Shown piece after piece: positions 33,279-46,106 of a stretch of DNA of 64,000 bases (its first letter is position 1; the number at the start of each line of letters is the position of its first letter). A model generated the notes under the pieces. That model had not been told where the DNA came from. It worked only from the letters and a program-made list of their open reading frames with translations, and searched no databases. The stretch lies in assembly GCF_032444005.1 (NCBI RefSeq), contig NC_091288.1, forward strand, positions 15,934,001 through 15,998,000, written 5' to 3'. This stretch comes from Ranitomeya imitator. Its lineage: Eukaryota. The position numbers and the translations under genes are program-made.

Positions 33279-36200
33279 TGTTGTGAATTCTGTGGCTGAG
33301 TTCACTTCTGTGGTCACAAGTGGTATTGCAGTCTCTGGGCTTCCTCCCTCAGGTGTTTTGGTGAGCTCGTTGGCTGCCTTGCTATTTAGCTCCACCTGAG
33401 TCTGTCTTCCTTGCTCCTTGTCAATGTTCCAGTGTTGGATCTGAGCTACTGCATCTTTCCTTGGGCCTGCTGCTCTGCTAGATAAGTGCTTCTAGTTTGT
33501 TTTCTGTTTTTTCTGTCCAGCTTGTTATTATCTTTTGCTGGAAGCTCTGAGAAGCAAAGGGGTGCACCGCCGTGCTGTTAGTTCGGCACGGTGGGTCTTT
33601 TTGCCCCTTTGCGTGGTTTTCGTTTTAGGGTTTTTTGTAGACTGCATAGTTCTCTTTGCTATCCTCGCTCTGTCTAGAATATCGGGCCTCACTTTGCTGA
33701 ATCTATTTCATTCCTACGTTTGTCTTTTCATCTTGCTAACAGTCATTATATGTGGGGGCTGCCTATTCCTTTGGGGTATTTCTCTGAGGTAAGTCAGGCT
33801 TGTATTTCTATCTTCAGGCTAGTCAGCTCCTCAGGCAGTGCCGAGTTGCATAGGTAGTTATAGGCGCAATCCACTGCTGCTTCCAGTTGTGTGAGGATAG
33901 ATCAGGTACTGCAGTCTACAGAGATTCCACGTCTCAGAGCTCGTCCTATTGTTTTGGGTTATTGCCAGATCTCTGTATGTGCGCTGATTACTGCACGCTG
34001 TGTTGCCTGATTGCCAGCCATAACAGTACAAGGAGCCATTCAATGATTTCCAATAGAGGGAAAAAAGAAATCCTGACATCATTTTTTTTTCTTAGCTCTG
34101 TCTTCAGTCTTTTTTTTCCCCTAGACATTAGAGTGCTTCAGGACACAGCTGTGGACATGGATATTCAGGCTCTGTGCTCCTCAATGGATAATCTCGTTGT
34201 AAATGTACAAAAGATTCAAGATACTATTGATCAGAAATCGATGCTAGAACCAAGAATTCCGATTCCTGATTTGTTTTTTGGTGACAGAACTAAGTTCCTG
34301 AGCTTCAGAAATAATTGTAAGCTATTTTTGGCCTTGAAACCTCATTCTTCTGGTAATCCTATTCAACAGGTTTTGATTATTATTTCTTTTTTGCGCGGCG
34401 ACCCACAGGACTGGGCGTTTTCTCTTGCACCAGGAGATTCTGCATTGAGTAATGTTGATGCATTTTTCCAGGCGCTGGGATTGCTTTACGATGAGCCTAA
34501 TTCAGTGGATCAAGCTGAGAAAAATCTGCTGGCTTTATGCCAGGGTCAGGATGATGTAGAAGTATATTGTCAGAAATTTAGAAAATGGTCAGTACTCACT
34601 CTGTGGAATGAATCTGCACTAGCGGCTTTGTTCAGAAAGGGTCTCTCTGAAGCTCTTAAGGATGTAATGGTGGGATTTCCTATGCCTGCTGGTTTGAATG
34701 AGTCTATGTCCTTGGCCATTCAGATCGGTCGTCGCTTGCGCGAGCGTAAATCTGTGCACCATCTGGCGGTATTGTCTGAGAGTAAGCCTGAGCCTATGCA
34801 GTGCGACAGGACTATGACTAAAGTAGAACGGCACGAACACAGACGTCTGAACAGACTGTGTTTCTATTGTGGTGATTCTACTCATGCTATTTCTAATTGT
34901 CCTAAGCGCACTAGGCGGTTCGATAGCTCTGCCGTTATTGGTACTGTACAGTCCAAATTCCTTTTGTCCATTACCTTAATGTGCTCTTTGTCATCATATT
35001 CTGTCATGGCGTTTGTGGATTCAGGCGCTGCCCTGAATCTGATGGATTTGGATTATGCTAAACGTTGTGGATTTTTCTTGGAGCCTTTGCGGTGTCCTAT
35101 TCCGTTGAGAGGAATTGATGCTACACCTCTGGCCAAGAATAAGCCTCAGTACTGGGCCCAGCTGACCATGTGCATGGCTCCTGCACATCAGGAAGTTATT
35201 CGCTTTTTGGTACTGCATAATTTGCATGATGTGGTCGTGTTGGGGTTGCCATGGCTACAAACCCATAATCCAGTATTGGATTGGAACTCTATGTCGGTAA
35301 CCAGCTGGGGTTGTCAGGGAGTACATGGTGATGTTCCATTTTTGTCTATTTCGTCATCCATTCCTTCTGACATCCCAGAGTTCTTGTCGGACTTTCAGGA
35401 TGTATTTGAAGAGTCCAAGTCTGATGCCCTTCCTCCGCATAGGAATTGTGATTGTGCTATCGATTTGATTCCTGGTAGTAAATTCCCTAAGGGTCGTTTA
35501 TTTAATTTGTCCGTACCTGAACACACCGCTATGCGCAGTTATGTGAAGGAGTCCCTGGAGAAGGGACATATTCGCCCATCGTCGTCACCATTGGGAGCAG
35601 GGTTCTTTTTTGTAGCCAAGAAGGATGGTTCGCTAAGACCGTGTATTGATTACCGCCTTCTTAATAAGATCACTGTTAAGTTTCAGTATCCCTTGCCATT
35701 GATTTCTGACTTGTTTGCTCGGATTAAGGGGGCTAGTTGGTTTACTAAGATTGATCTTCGTGGTGCGTATAATCTGGTGAGAATCAGGCAGGGAGATGAA
35801 TGGAAAACGGCATTTAATACGCCCGAGGGTCATTTTGAGTATCTGGTGATGCCGTTCGGACTTGCCAATGCTCCATCTGTTTTTCAGTCTTTTATGCATG
35901 ACATTTTCCGTGAGTATCTGGATAAATTCTTGATTGTTTACTTGGATGACATTTTGATCTTCTCAGATGATTGGGAGTCTCATGTGAAGCAAGTCAGAAT
36001 GGTTTTCCAGGTACTGCGTGCTAATTCCTTGTTCGTGAAGGGATCAAAGTGTCTCTTCGGTGTGCAGAAAGTTTCATTTTTGGGGTTCATCTTTTCCCCT
36101 TCTACTATCGAGATGGATCCGGTTAAGGTTCAGGCCATCCAGGATTGGACTCAGCCGACATCTCTAAAAAGTTTGCAGAAATTCCTGGGCTTTGCTAATT

Positions 36201-38965
36201 TTTATCGTCGCTTCATCTGTAATTTTTCTAGCATTGCCAGACCATTGACCGATTTGACCAAGAAGGGTGCTGATTTGGTTAATTGGTCTTCTGCTGCCGT
36301 GGAAGCTTTTCAGGAGTTGAAGCGTCGTTTTTGCTGTGCCCCTGTGTTGTGTCAACCTGATGTTTCTCTTCCGTTCCAGGTCGAGGTTGATGCTTCTGAG
36401 ATTGGAGCAGGGGCGGTTTTGTCACAGAGAGGTTCTGGTTGCTCTGTGTTCAAACCATGTGCTTTCTTTTCCAGGAAATTTTCTGCTGCTGAGCGTAATT
36501 ATGATGTGGGCAACCGAGAGTTGCTGGCCATGAAGTGGGCATTCGAGGAGTGGCGTCATTGGCTTGAGGGTGCTAAGCATCGCGTGGTGGTTTTGACTGA
36601 TCATAAGAACCTTACTTATCTTGAGTCTGCCAAGCGCTTGAATCCTAGACAGGCTCGTTGGTCGTTATTTTTTGCTCGTTTTGATTTTGTGATTTCATAC
36701 CTTCCGGGCTCTAAAAATGTGAAGGCGGATGCTCTGTCTAGGAGTTTTGTGCCCGACTCTCCGGGGTTATCTGAGCCGGCGAGTATCCTCAAGGAAGGAG
36801 TCATTGTGTCTGCCATCTCCCCTGATTTGCGGAGAGTGTTGCAGAAATTTCAGGCTAATAAACCTGATCGTTGTCCGGCCGAGAAACTGTTCGTCCCTGA
36901 TAGGTGGACTAGTAAAGTTATCTCTGAACTTCATTGTTCGGTGCTGGCCGGTCATCCAGGAATCTTTGGTACCAGGGAGTTGGTTGCTAGATCCTTCTGG
37001 TGGCCATCTCTGTCACGGGATGTGCGTGCTTTTGTGCAGTCCTGTGGAATTTGTGCTAGGGCTAAGCCCTGCTGTTCACGTGCCAGTGGGTTGCTTTTGC
37101 CCTTGCCGGTCCCGAAGAGGCCTTAGACACATATTTCGATGGATTTCATTTCTGACCTTCCCGTTTCTCAAAAGATGTCTGTCATTTGGGTGGTCTGTGA
37201 TCGCTTTTCTAAAATGGTCCATCTGGTGCCCTTGGTTAAATTGCCTTCCTCCTCTGATTTGGTGCCTTTGTTCTTCCAGCATGTGGTTCGTTTACATGGC
37301 ATTCCTGAGAATATTGTTTCTGACAGAGGTTCCCAGTTTGTCTCGAGGTTCTGGCGAGCCTTTTGTGGTAGGATGGGCATTGACCTATCTTTTTCCTCGG
37401 CCTTCCATCCTCAGACTAATGGCCAGACCGAACGAACCAATCAGACCTTGGAAACATATCTGAGATGTTTTGTTTCCGCTGACCAGGATGATTGGGTGTC
37501 ATTTTTGCCGTTGGCTGAGTTCGCCCTTAATAATCGGGCCAGCTCGGCTACCTTGGTCTCTCCATTTTTCTGCAATTCTGGGTTCCATCCTCGTTTCTCT
37601 TCAGGACAGGTTGAGTCTTCGGACTGTCCTGGTGTGGATTATGTGGTGGACAGGTTGCAGCAGATCTGGACTCAGGTAGTGGACAATTTGACCTTGTCCC
37701 AGGAGAAGGCTCAGCTTTTCGCTAATCGCAGACGCCGTGTGGGACCCCGACTTCGTGTTGGGGATTTGGTTTGGTTATCTTCTCGTCATATACCTATGAA
37801 GGTTTCCTCTCCTAAATTTAAACCTCGTTTTATTGGTCCGTATAGGATTTCTGAGATTCTCAATCCGGTGTCTTTTCGTCTGACCCTCCCAGACTCCTTT
37901 TCCATACATAATGTATTCCATAGGTCGTTGTTGAGGAGATACGTGGCACCTATGGTTCCATCTGTGGAGCCTCCTGCCCCTGTTTTGGTGGAGGGGGAAT
38001 TGGAGTATATTGTGGAGAAGATTTTGGATTCTCGTGTCTCTAGACGGAGACTCCAGTATCTGGTCAAATGGAAGGGTTATGCTCAGGAAGATAATTCCTG
38101 GGTTTTTGCCTCTGATGTCCATGCCCCAGATCTTGTTCGTGCCTTTCATGTGGCTCATCCTGGTCGGCCTGGGGGTTCTGGTGAGGGTTCGGTGACCCCT
38201 CCTCAAGGGGGGGGTACTGTTGTGAATTCTGTGGCTGAGTTCACTTCTGTGGTCACAAGTGGTATTGCAGTCTCTGGGCTTCCTCCCTCAGGTGTTTTGG
38301 TGAGCTCGTTGGCTGCCTTGCTATTTAGCTCCACCTGAGTCTGTCTTCCTTGCTCCTTGTCAATGTTCCAGTGTTGGATCTGAGCTACTGCATCTTTCCT
38401 TGGGCCTGCTGCTCTGCTAGATAAGTGCTTCTAGTTTGTTTTCTGTTTTTTCTGTCCAGCTTGTTATTATCTTTTGCTGGAAGCTCTGAGAAGCAAAGGG
38501 GTGCACCGCCGTGCTGTTAGTTCGGCACGGTGGGTCTTTTTGCCCCTTTGCGTGGTTTTCGTTTTAGGGTTTTTTGTAGACTGCATAGTTCTCTTTGCTA
38601 TCCTCGCTCTGTCTAGAATATCGGGCCTCACTTTGCTGAATCTATTTCATTCCTACGTTTGTCTTTTCATCTTGCTAACAGTCATTATATGTGGGGGCTG
38701 CCTATTCCTTTGGGGTATTTCTCTGAGGTAAGTCAGGCTTGTATTTCTATCTTCAGGCTAGTCAGCTCCTCAGGCAGTGCCGAGTTGCATAGGTAGTTGA
38801 TAGGCGCAATCCACTGCTGCTTCCAGTTGTGTGAGGATAGATCAGGTACTGCAGTCTACAGAGATTCCACGTCTCAGAGCTCGTCCTATTGTTTTGGGTT
38901 ATTGCCAGATCTCTGTATGTGCGCTGATTACTGCACGCTGTGTTGCCTGATTGCCAGCCATAACA
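33279..38965 (+). mobile_element. Full-length Ty3/Gypsy chromovirus (Tf1/sushi group)
   Basis: LTRs 33279-34025 and 38218-38965 (TGTTG..TAACA, one indel noticed); ATAATG TSD; polypurine tract AAGGGGGGGG just before 38218; gag-pol with a chromodomain. Confidence 0.97.
34157..38338 (+). pseudogene. Single-frame gag-pol polyprotein with one in-frame TAG at 37124-37126
   Basis: Gag zinc knuckle CFYCGDSTHAISNC, protease VDSGA, RT YLDD, RNase H DAS, integrase HHCC and core, GPY motif, chromodomain EYIVEKILDSR..YLVKWKGY..NSW. ORFs 33887-37126 and 37139-38338 share a frame. The start ATG at 34157 is inferred. Confidence 0.9.
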
Positions 38966-39421
38966 ATAATGTCACTGGTGATCACTATATTATCTGTATA
39001 CTGACACTATATACAGAGCTCCTGCGTGTAATGTCACTGGTGTTCCCTGTATTAACTGTACACTGACACTATATACAGAGCTCCTATGTATTATGTCACT
39101 GGTGATTACTATATTACCTGAACACTGACACTATGTGCATATCTCCTGTGTATAATGGCATTTATGGTAATATTAGTATTGTGGGGTTTTTTTTTATCAA
39201 TCATCAGTATTGTAGTATTTGGCCACTATGTGCTGGTAATATGTGGTCTGGTCATGGTGTGGCAGTATATGTTCCTCGTATGTGGTATTATTTCGTCACT
39301 ATGTGGTGGTAATATGTGGTCCGGCCATGATGTGACAATATTTGTCCCATGTATGTGGTATTATTTGGTCACTGTGGTGGTAATATGTAGTCTGGTCATG
39401 GCTTGGTATTATTTGTCCCCT

Positions 39422-39598
39422 GTAATAATAATCTTTAAATAGCGCCAACATATTCTGCGGCGCTTTACAGTTTAATACACAACAGTCATAAGTAACAATG
39501 TTAACAATAACACAATAATTAAAGCACAATAAGAAGACCCTGCCCGTGAGAGCTTACAATCTACAATGAGGTGGAGGGAGACACAAAGAACAGGTGCG
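39422..39598 (-). mobile_element. L2-like 3' fragment
   Basis: Reverse complement contains TGTAGATTGTAAGCTCTCACGGGCAGGGTC and the tail GTAAAGCGCCGCAGAATATGTTGGCGCTATTTAAAGATTATTATTA. Confidence 0.7.
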
Positions 39599-40490
39599 TA
39601 TAATACCTGTATGTGGTATTATTGGGTCAGTATGTGGTGGTAATATGTGGTCTGCTATCGGATCACAGCAAGACAGATTGCTGATACTGCGCAGGCGCGG
39701 AAGGTGCCATCTTGGAGGAGGAATTATTTTTTTCTTCTCCAGTAAGATGGTGCTGCCGGCACATGCGCATTAGCAACAATCGGATCACAGCTATAGACAC
39801 CTATAGCTACTACTGCGCAGCGCGGCTGGCACCATTTTCCAATAGTTTTTTTTCCCTAGCTCGATAACATCAAGAAAATGTATTATTGCCTCTCTAAACA
39901 TGCGATTATGCTTCAGAGCAGGTGCCACGGCTGGTGCCTGCCTGCAGAAGCATTTTTTGTCTCTTTCTTCAGTATGTTAGGTATTCATTATGTAAACTGG
40001 GGGTCGGGTCACTCAGGGATCAGTGACCTGTCAGCAGTCTGCATTATGAATATCTAATCAGAGAACCACACACACCAGATATATCCCCGAGACAGCGGGT
40101 GTGCTGCTGGGAGTTATGGTAAAACCCTCAAACCGTTTATTCTCAATGTGGCATTAAAACATCTGCGGGTACAAACAAGATAATACGCAGCGCAAAATAA
40201 CGGTCACTGCACCTCCTGCCCTGCGCGGTTTTGGACTTTTCATACCATTTGAAGAATAAAGAAATAGAAGATTGCTGAGCGGCATGCTTGATTTCTAACC
40301 GGAGACACCTTACAATCATGTATTTATTTATGTGAGATGAAAACATTTATGGGCTTTTTCCTGCATCTAATTGTTGGAGTGCTGCATTCTTCTGTGGATT
40401 TTACACTGATGTTTCCAAACTAACTTGGCAGTAAAAAAAATAAAATCTTGAACTGCAGTAGCTAGATGTGATCTGTAATCACTATGCAGA

Positions 40491-40505
40491 CCAGCAGGTG
40501 GCGGT
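40491..40505 (+). promoter_or_regulatory. CTCF-like motif
   Basis: CCAGCAGGTGGCGGT fits the core consensus. Confidence 0.5.
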
Positions 40506-40559
40506 GTAGGACAGCAAAACTTAGTTGAGCACAGCGTTCTCCTTAACTTGGAATTTTAT

Positions 40560-40760
40560 AATTTATATATTTATTATGCTCATTTATATACAGTGCAATC
40601 CTATTCCGCAGCATTTTACAGATGTTATCACTATCCCCAATGGGGCTCACAATCTAGAATCCATCATTACGTCTTTGGAGTCTGAGAAAACCGGAGAACG
40701 CAGATGAAACCCACATTTCAACCCAGAACCCCAGTGCTCAAAGCAACAGTGGAACCTGAT
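40560..40760 (-). mobile_element. Degenerate tRNA-derived SINE-like remnant
   Basis: Minus strand shows a B-box-like GGGTTGAAAT and an AT-rich tail; heavily decayed. Confidence 0.4.
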
Positions 40761-40980
40761 CATGAATCATCACTGGCTGTACTGATTACAGCAAACATTG
40801 TGAAAAACTATCCCGGGACTGTGCGTCTCTGATGACAAGTCCAACACAGGACCTTAGATGGCTTCTCCCCGCGTGGATGATCTCTACCTAAACACACACA
40901 GACATAGGACCTGTGCAGGTACAGATTGGGGCTGGAATTCAGCCCTGGCGTTTGAAATCACACAGGTCCATGCTGTCCCC

Positions 40981-41792
40981 TGTTATGAAAGGCAATTCAG
41001 AATCACAATGGACATGGAGGTCAGAGCACATACAGTGAACTGACAATAACCCAAAATAATAGAACGAGCTCTGAGACGTGGGAACTCTGCAGACCGCAAT
41101 CCCTAAGCCTATCAAACCACACTAAAGGTAGCCGTGGAGCGCTCCTGACCAGAACCTAGGCGCCTCGTCACAGCCTGAGAAACTAGCTAATCCTGAAGAT
41201 AGAAAAATAAGCCTACCTTGCCTCAGAGAAATTCCCCAAAGGAAAAGGCAGCCCCCCACATATAATGACTGAGTAAGATGAAAACACAAACATAGAGATG
41301 AAACAGATTTAGCAAAGTGAGGCCCGACTAGCTGAACAGAACGAGGATAGGGAAGATAACTTTGCGGTCAGCACAAAAACCTATAAAAAACCACGCAGAG
41401 GGGACAAAAAGACCCTCCGCACCGACTAACGGTACGGAGGTGGTCCCTCTGCGTCTCGGAGCTTCCAGCAGGCGAGAAAAACCAATAAAGCAAGCTGGAC
41501 AGAAAAATAGCAACAAAATAACATAAGCAAAACTTAGCTTTGCAGAGCAGCAGGCCACAGGAATGATCCAGGGAAAAAACAAGTCCCACACTGAAACATT
41601 GACAGGAAGCATAGATCAAAGCATCAGGTGGAGTTAAGTAGAGAAGAAGCTAAGGAGCTCACCAGATCACCTGAGGGAGGAAACTCAGAAGCTGCAGTAC
41701 CACTTTCCTCCACAAACGGAAGATCCCAGAGAGAATCAGCCGAAGTACCACTTGTGACCACAGGAGTGAACTCTGCCACAGAATTCACAACA
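40981..41792 (-). mobile_element. Solo LTR (812 bp), chromovirus-related, reverse orientation
   Basis: Reverse complement is TGTTGTGAATTCTGTGG...CATAACA; GTCCCC TSD (40975-40980, 41793-41798). Confidence 0.92.
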
Positions 41793-42239
41793 GTCCCCAT
41801 CTTCAAGCAATATTACTAATTTCACCCTCCGTGGAGGAAAGCAAGATTTACTACACGACCAATACTTCTAATGATCCCCCCGTCACAACTCTTAACATTA
41901 TGGGAGTCTTGAGAACACTGATTCTGTAAACAACGTAGCAGGCAATGTGGCCCATGACCAGACAGGCCCTTCTGGCATTTGCCAGTCCGGCCCTGGACCC
42001 ATGAGTCTAGGTGATTGGGACGGGGAGAAGTTGTCCTCAGACTACTTGTCCAAGGCAGCATTTCTACGCATATTTTCTCGGAAACGCTGCAGCATCGCAA
42101 AGTAGACGCAGCCAGTGTCTGCGGTTCGGGCAGCATGAATCAGATGACAGGTTCCCTTTAAATTTGGGGCTCCGGTGCAAAGTCTGTATAAAAGCCTCCT
42201 GTCACCCTCATTATACAGCAATTACAAAATAGATTACAC

Positions 42240-43050
42240 AATTATTGAGGGCTGAATCAGAATTGCTTTACGAATCATCAACAATCTTGAATAAGCAGAT
42301 GATACAATGTTGATAGCAACAAGCGTAGATGGCATAAAGGACGTATTACTGATGGTCAGGATGGAAAGCTTGTACATGGGACTCCTGCTCAACACAAAGA
42401 CGACAGATACTGACCACTGCCCCGCACGACCAGGACACATTTGAGATGGACGGTGACGAACTGGAAGTTGTAAAGGACTTCACCCTACACGGATCAACGA
42501 TCACTCAAGATGCAGCGACGACACCGGAAGTCAGTAAGTGAATAGTTATGGGCAAATCAGCAATGAAGTCACTGGACGAGGTCTTCAAATCGAGGAACAT
42601 TTCACTGGCGACAAAGACACGGCTCGTACATACTCTGATCTTTTCTGTGGATACATACGGATGTAACACCTGGACGATAAACAATCAAGACAGAAGAATC
42701 AACACCTTCAAAATGTGGTTCTGCAGAAGGAAGTTATCAATACCGTGGAATTTTGGAACAAATCAAGTCAGACATGTCACTGGAGGCAAGAATCACCAAG
42801 CTACGACTTGTCTACTGTGGACACATGATACGCAGAGAGCGATCACTGGAGGAGGACATCATGGAAGGAAGAATGGAAGGAACAAGGTGAAGAGGAAGAA
42901 AAGCAACCTGATGGCCTGATACTATAAACATAACGGTGGAGAAGACCTTGGTGACCTATCGGCTTCCACAAGATCCATCTTCCTACAAGTCGCTCATCCT
43001 TCATATCGCCAAGACTCCAGATAGAGCTGAAGGCCGTTAAATAATAATAA
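42240..43050 (+). mobile_element. Decayed RTE-clade LINE 3' part
   Basis: IINNLE*ADDT (YADD motif), DGDELEVVKDF, KTRLVHTLIFSV.TYGC.TW, KMWFCRR; (TAA)n tail at about 43040. Confidence 0.8.
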
Positions 43051-45101
43051 CTTCATTCTCAGATACAGAATCGCTGCAGGAGCTTCTCCTGGGATCACAG
43101 CTCGGCCTGATTCAAGTGAATGCAATAACAGACATAACCAGAGAGAGGCGCCGTCTATAGGAAAAGAAGCAGACCTTTTTTTCTGACCATTTTATTTTTG
43201 GAGACATTCACTGATATAAGCTGTATATTATGTCTACTGTCTATGCAGCCATAACTGGAAACAGCTATGGGAAGGATGGCTACAATGTATCGACATGTAT
43301 CAGTGTTTACATAATATGCACCATCAACCATAACATAAAGACACTGACTGGCCACACACACTATTGATATCCAAACTAAAGGTTAAGTCTGCAGATCAGC
43401 GGGGGTCTGACACCCAGCGCCCCATCATTCCGCAGTGGCGGCCGGGTGTATAAAATGGACAGAAACAGCACAAGGTACAGCGGCTGAAAGCTGTAGATCA
43501 GCTCGTTTCTAAAAATTAAGCAAGCCTTCATTAAAGGCAAGGTCATGAATACCATATGCCCAGACAACCCCTTTAAGGTGGCTAATGCAGAGTAAATGCT
43601 TTTCCGCTGCATTTCTCTGCACAGACGGGTGAACGGAGTGCCGCTGTGCACTAAACCAGCGCTGTGCCCCTTTATTCTCAGGATCGGTGGGGGTCCTAAA
43701 GTCCCGGCTGACGGTCGGCATATATTTTTCAATATGCTATCACTTTATAAGATGGTAATATCTCTCAAGTATCTGCTGCTACTGTCTTGGTGCCACCATC
43801 CGAGGTCCCATGGAAGCGATGGATCAGAGCTGTTTGGGCTCTGGGTGGGAGATTTGCCCACTTTATCAGGGTCCTCTTTTGCCAAAAAATCCACAGGGAG
43901 AATGGACACGTATGCAGGGGTAATAAACTGCTATAAATCATGTGAGGAATCATTGGGAAATGGATTTATCAACATCTAGATGATGAGGTTGGGAAATTGC
44001 TCAGAAGACAATTCCCAGAATGTTAGACCATAGTAAGTGATTTTATTACCCCGAGAGGCGACTTTGTGACTCTATCCAAATACTGGCCAATGCATCTGAC
44101 GGCTCCTCACACACCGACATTTCCAAAAACCTTTATCCTAATTTTGCAGACACCAGAGGAAAATAGCTCAGATTGCAGTCAGGAACAACACTGAGGTCAC
44201 TAAGCGAAGTAGTAGTCAAATCATCCAGGATAACGCAGGCAAATTGCAGAAACTACTACCCCCATCATAGAACCCCAGATATATTGCTGCACTAGAAATT
44301 CTCTATTGTAATCAGTTAGGCGATGTTCACATGTCGCGTTTTTGAAGTTCCTTCTCTGCTGCTTTTTTTTAATGCAAATTTAAAGCTGCTTTTTTTCCAG
44401 TACCAGCAAAAACTATCATTAATATGAGAAATCTCATGAAAAAGCTCGATCTTATTTTCTGGACTGAATTGGAAAACGGCAGCATGGCAATTCTATCAGT
44501 CTTTTCGCAAGATTTTTTCACCATACAAAGTAAAAACGCTACGAAAAATAAATAAAAGCACCATGAGTTTTAGATGAATAAAACGAACTTTGCTAAACGT
44601 GGGCTGCAGACGGATGACACATATGATCTGCACTAAAAGAACGCAGAAAAAGCGGCTTTTTATAAGCAACTTTACCGCCAGGAGAGCAGGTTCTGCATGC
44701 AAAATAAATGCTGCAAGAATGCAACATGTGAACATAGACTTGTGAGAAGTCAGGGCCATCTGTGGTGGATGTGGAGGAGCATTTTACCCAAGAGGTCAGG
44801 GGCCTTCTAAACCCAGCAGTCCCAAGCAAATCTGGAAAATGCGACATCACCAGAAACTGTGGAGCCTCGTACTAAACTTTTGAATTGAAACCAGTTTCCC
44901 CAGAGTTTCCAACAATCCCCCCGGGAACCCACAGCGTCCTGCCAACCTTCAGCCTCAAAGACCCCTGAATCCGGCCTCGGCTCACTATGGGGGTTTATTA
45001 GTACAATTGTGGTCTCAAGGCTAAAGAATTGTAAGAGATGCGGCCCTGATATCAATGCAGGAGCGGGTCGCAGAATGCTCATCTGTCAGACACTTCTGGT
45101 A

Positions 45102-45920
45102 TACAGGACCCAGGTGAGAAGCCCCTTGTAGGGTCATATACAGGACCCAGGTGAGAAGCCCCTTGTAGGGTCATATACAGGACCCAGGTGAGAAGCCCCT
45201 TGTAGGGTCATATACAGGACCCAGGTGAGAAGCCCCTTGTAGGGTCATATACAGGACCCAGGTGAGAAGCCCCTTGTAGGGTCATATACAGGACCCAGGT
45301 GTGAAACCCCTTGTAGGGTCATATACAGGACCCAGGTGAGAAGCCCCTTGTAGGGTCATATACAGGACCCAGGTGTGAAGCCCCTTGTAGGGTCATATAC
45401 AGGACCCAGGTGAGAAGCCCCTTGTAGGGTCATATACAGGACCCAGGTGAGAAGCCCCTTGTAGGGTCATATACAGGACCCAGGTGGGAAGCCCCTTGTA
45501 GGGTCATATACAGGACCCAGGTGAGAAGCCCCTTGTAGGGTCATATACAGGACCCAGGTGTGAAGCCCCTTGTAGGGTCATATACAGGGCCCAGGTGAGA
45601 AGCCCCTTGTAGGGTCATATACAGGGCCCAGGTGAGAAGCCCCTTGTAGGGTCATATACAGGACCCAGGTGAGAAGCCCCTTGTAGGGTCATATACAGGA
45701 CCCAGGTGAGAAGCCCCTTGTAGGGTCATATACAGGGCCCAGGTGAGAAGCCCCTTGTAGGGTCATATACAGGGCCCAGGTGAGAAGCCCCTTGTAGGGT
45801 CATATACAGGACCCAGGTGAGAAGCCCCTTGTAGGGTCATATACAGGACCCAGGTGAGAAGCCCCTTGTAGGGTCATATACAGGGCCCAGGTGAAAAGCC
45901 CCTTGTAGGGTCATATACAG
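45102..45920. repeat. 37-bp homogeneous minisatellite (TACAGGACCCAGGTGAGAAGCCCCTTGTAGGGTCATA), about 22 copies
   Basis: Period 37 read directly; one more copy follows the MITE at 46107-46145. Confidence 0.95.
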
Positions 45921-46106
45921 CAGGGGTGTCAAACTGCATTCCTCCAGGGCTGCAAACAGGTCATGTTTTCAGGATTTCCTTGTACTGCACAGGTGATAAT
46001 TTAATCACCTACACACATAATGATTGCAGCACCTTGTGCAATGCTAAGGAAATCTTGAAAACACGCATGGTTTGTGGCCCTCGAGGAATGCAGTTTGACA
46101 CCCCTG
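45921..46106. mobile_element. 186-bp hAT MITE
   Basis: TIR CAGGGGTGTCAAACTGCATTCCTC; 8-bp TSD ATATACAG (45913-45920, 46107-46114). Confidence 0.92.

Larger units (their letters stand above)
31660..39655. mobile_element. Second member of the minisatellite-bearing hAT family, interrupted by the Gypsy element and an L2 fragment
   Basis: Starts CAGGGCCGCCATGAG...GGGGCCCGGTGAGCAG like 12656; 32390-32600 is homologous to 16230-16460 and 39200-39420 to 16600-16810. Right TIR not found. Confidence 0.6.

Noticed and set aside
33535-33792. 85-aa ORF duplicated at 38474-38731
   Set aside because: It lies inside both LTRs, so duplication is expected; no recognisable domain.
33887-34156. N-terminal 90 aa of the 1079-aa ORF call
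   Set aside because: It starts within the LTR and crosses the PBS; gag more plausibly starts at ATG 34157.
37124-37126. Programmed stop-codon readthrough
   Set aside because: The TAG replaces a conserved Trp inside the integrase, not a gag-pol boundary; a point mutation or base-call error is simpler.
45102-45920. 37-bp repeats with CRISPR-like length
   Set aside because: Units are contiguous with no unique spacers, there are no cas genes, and the context is vertebrate.
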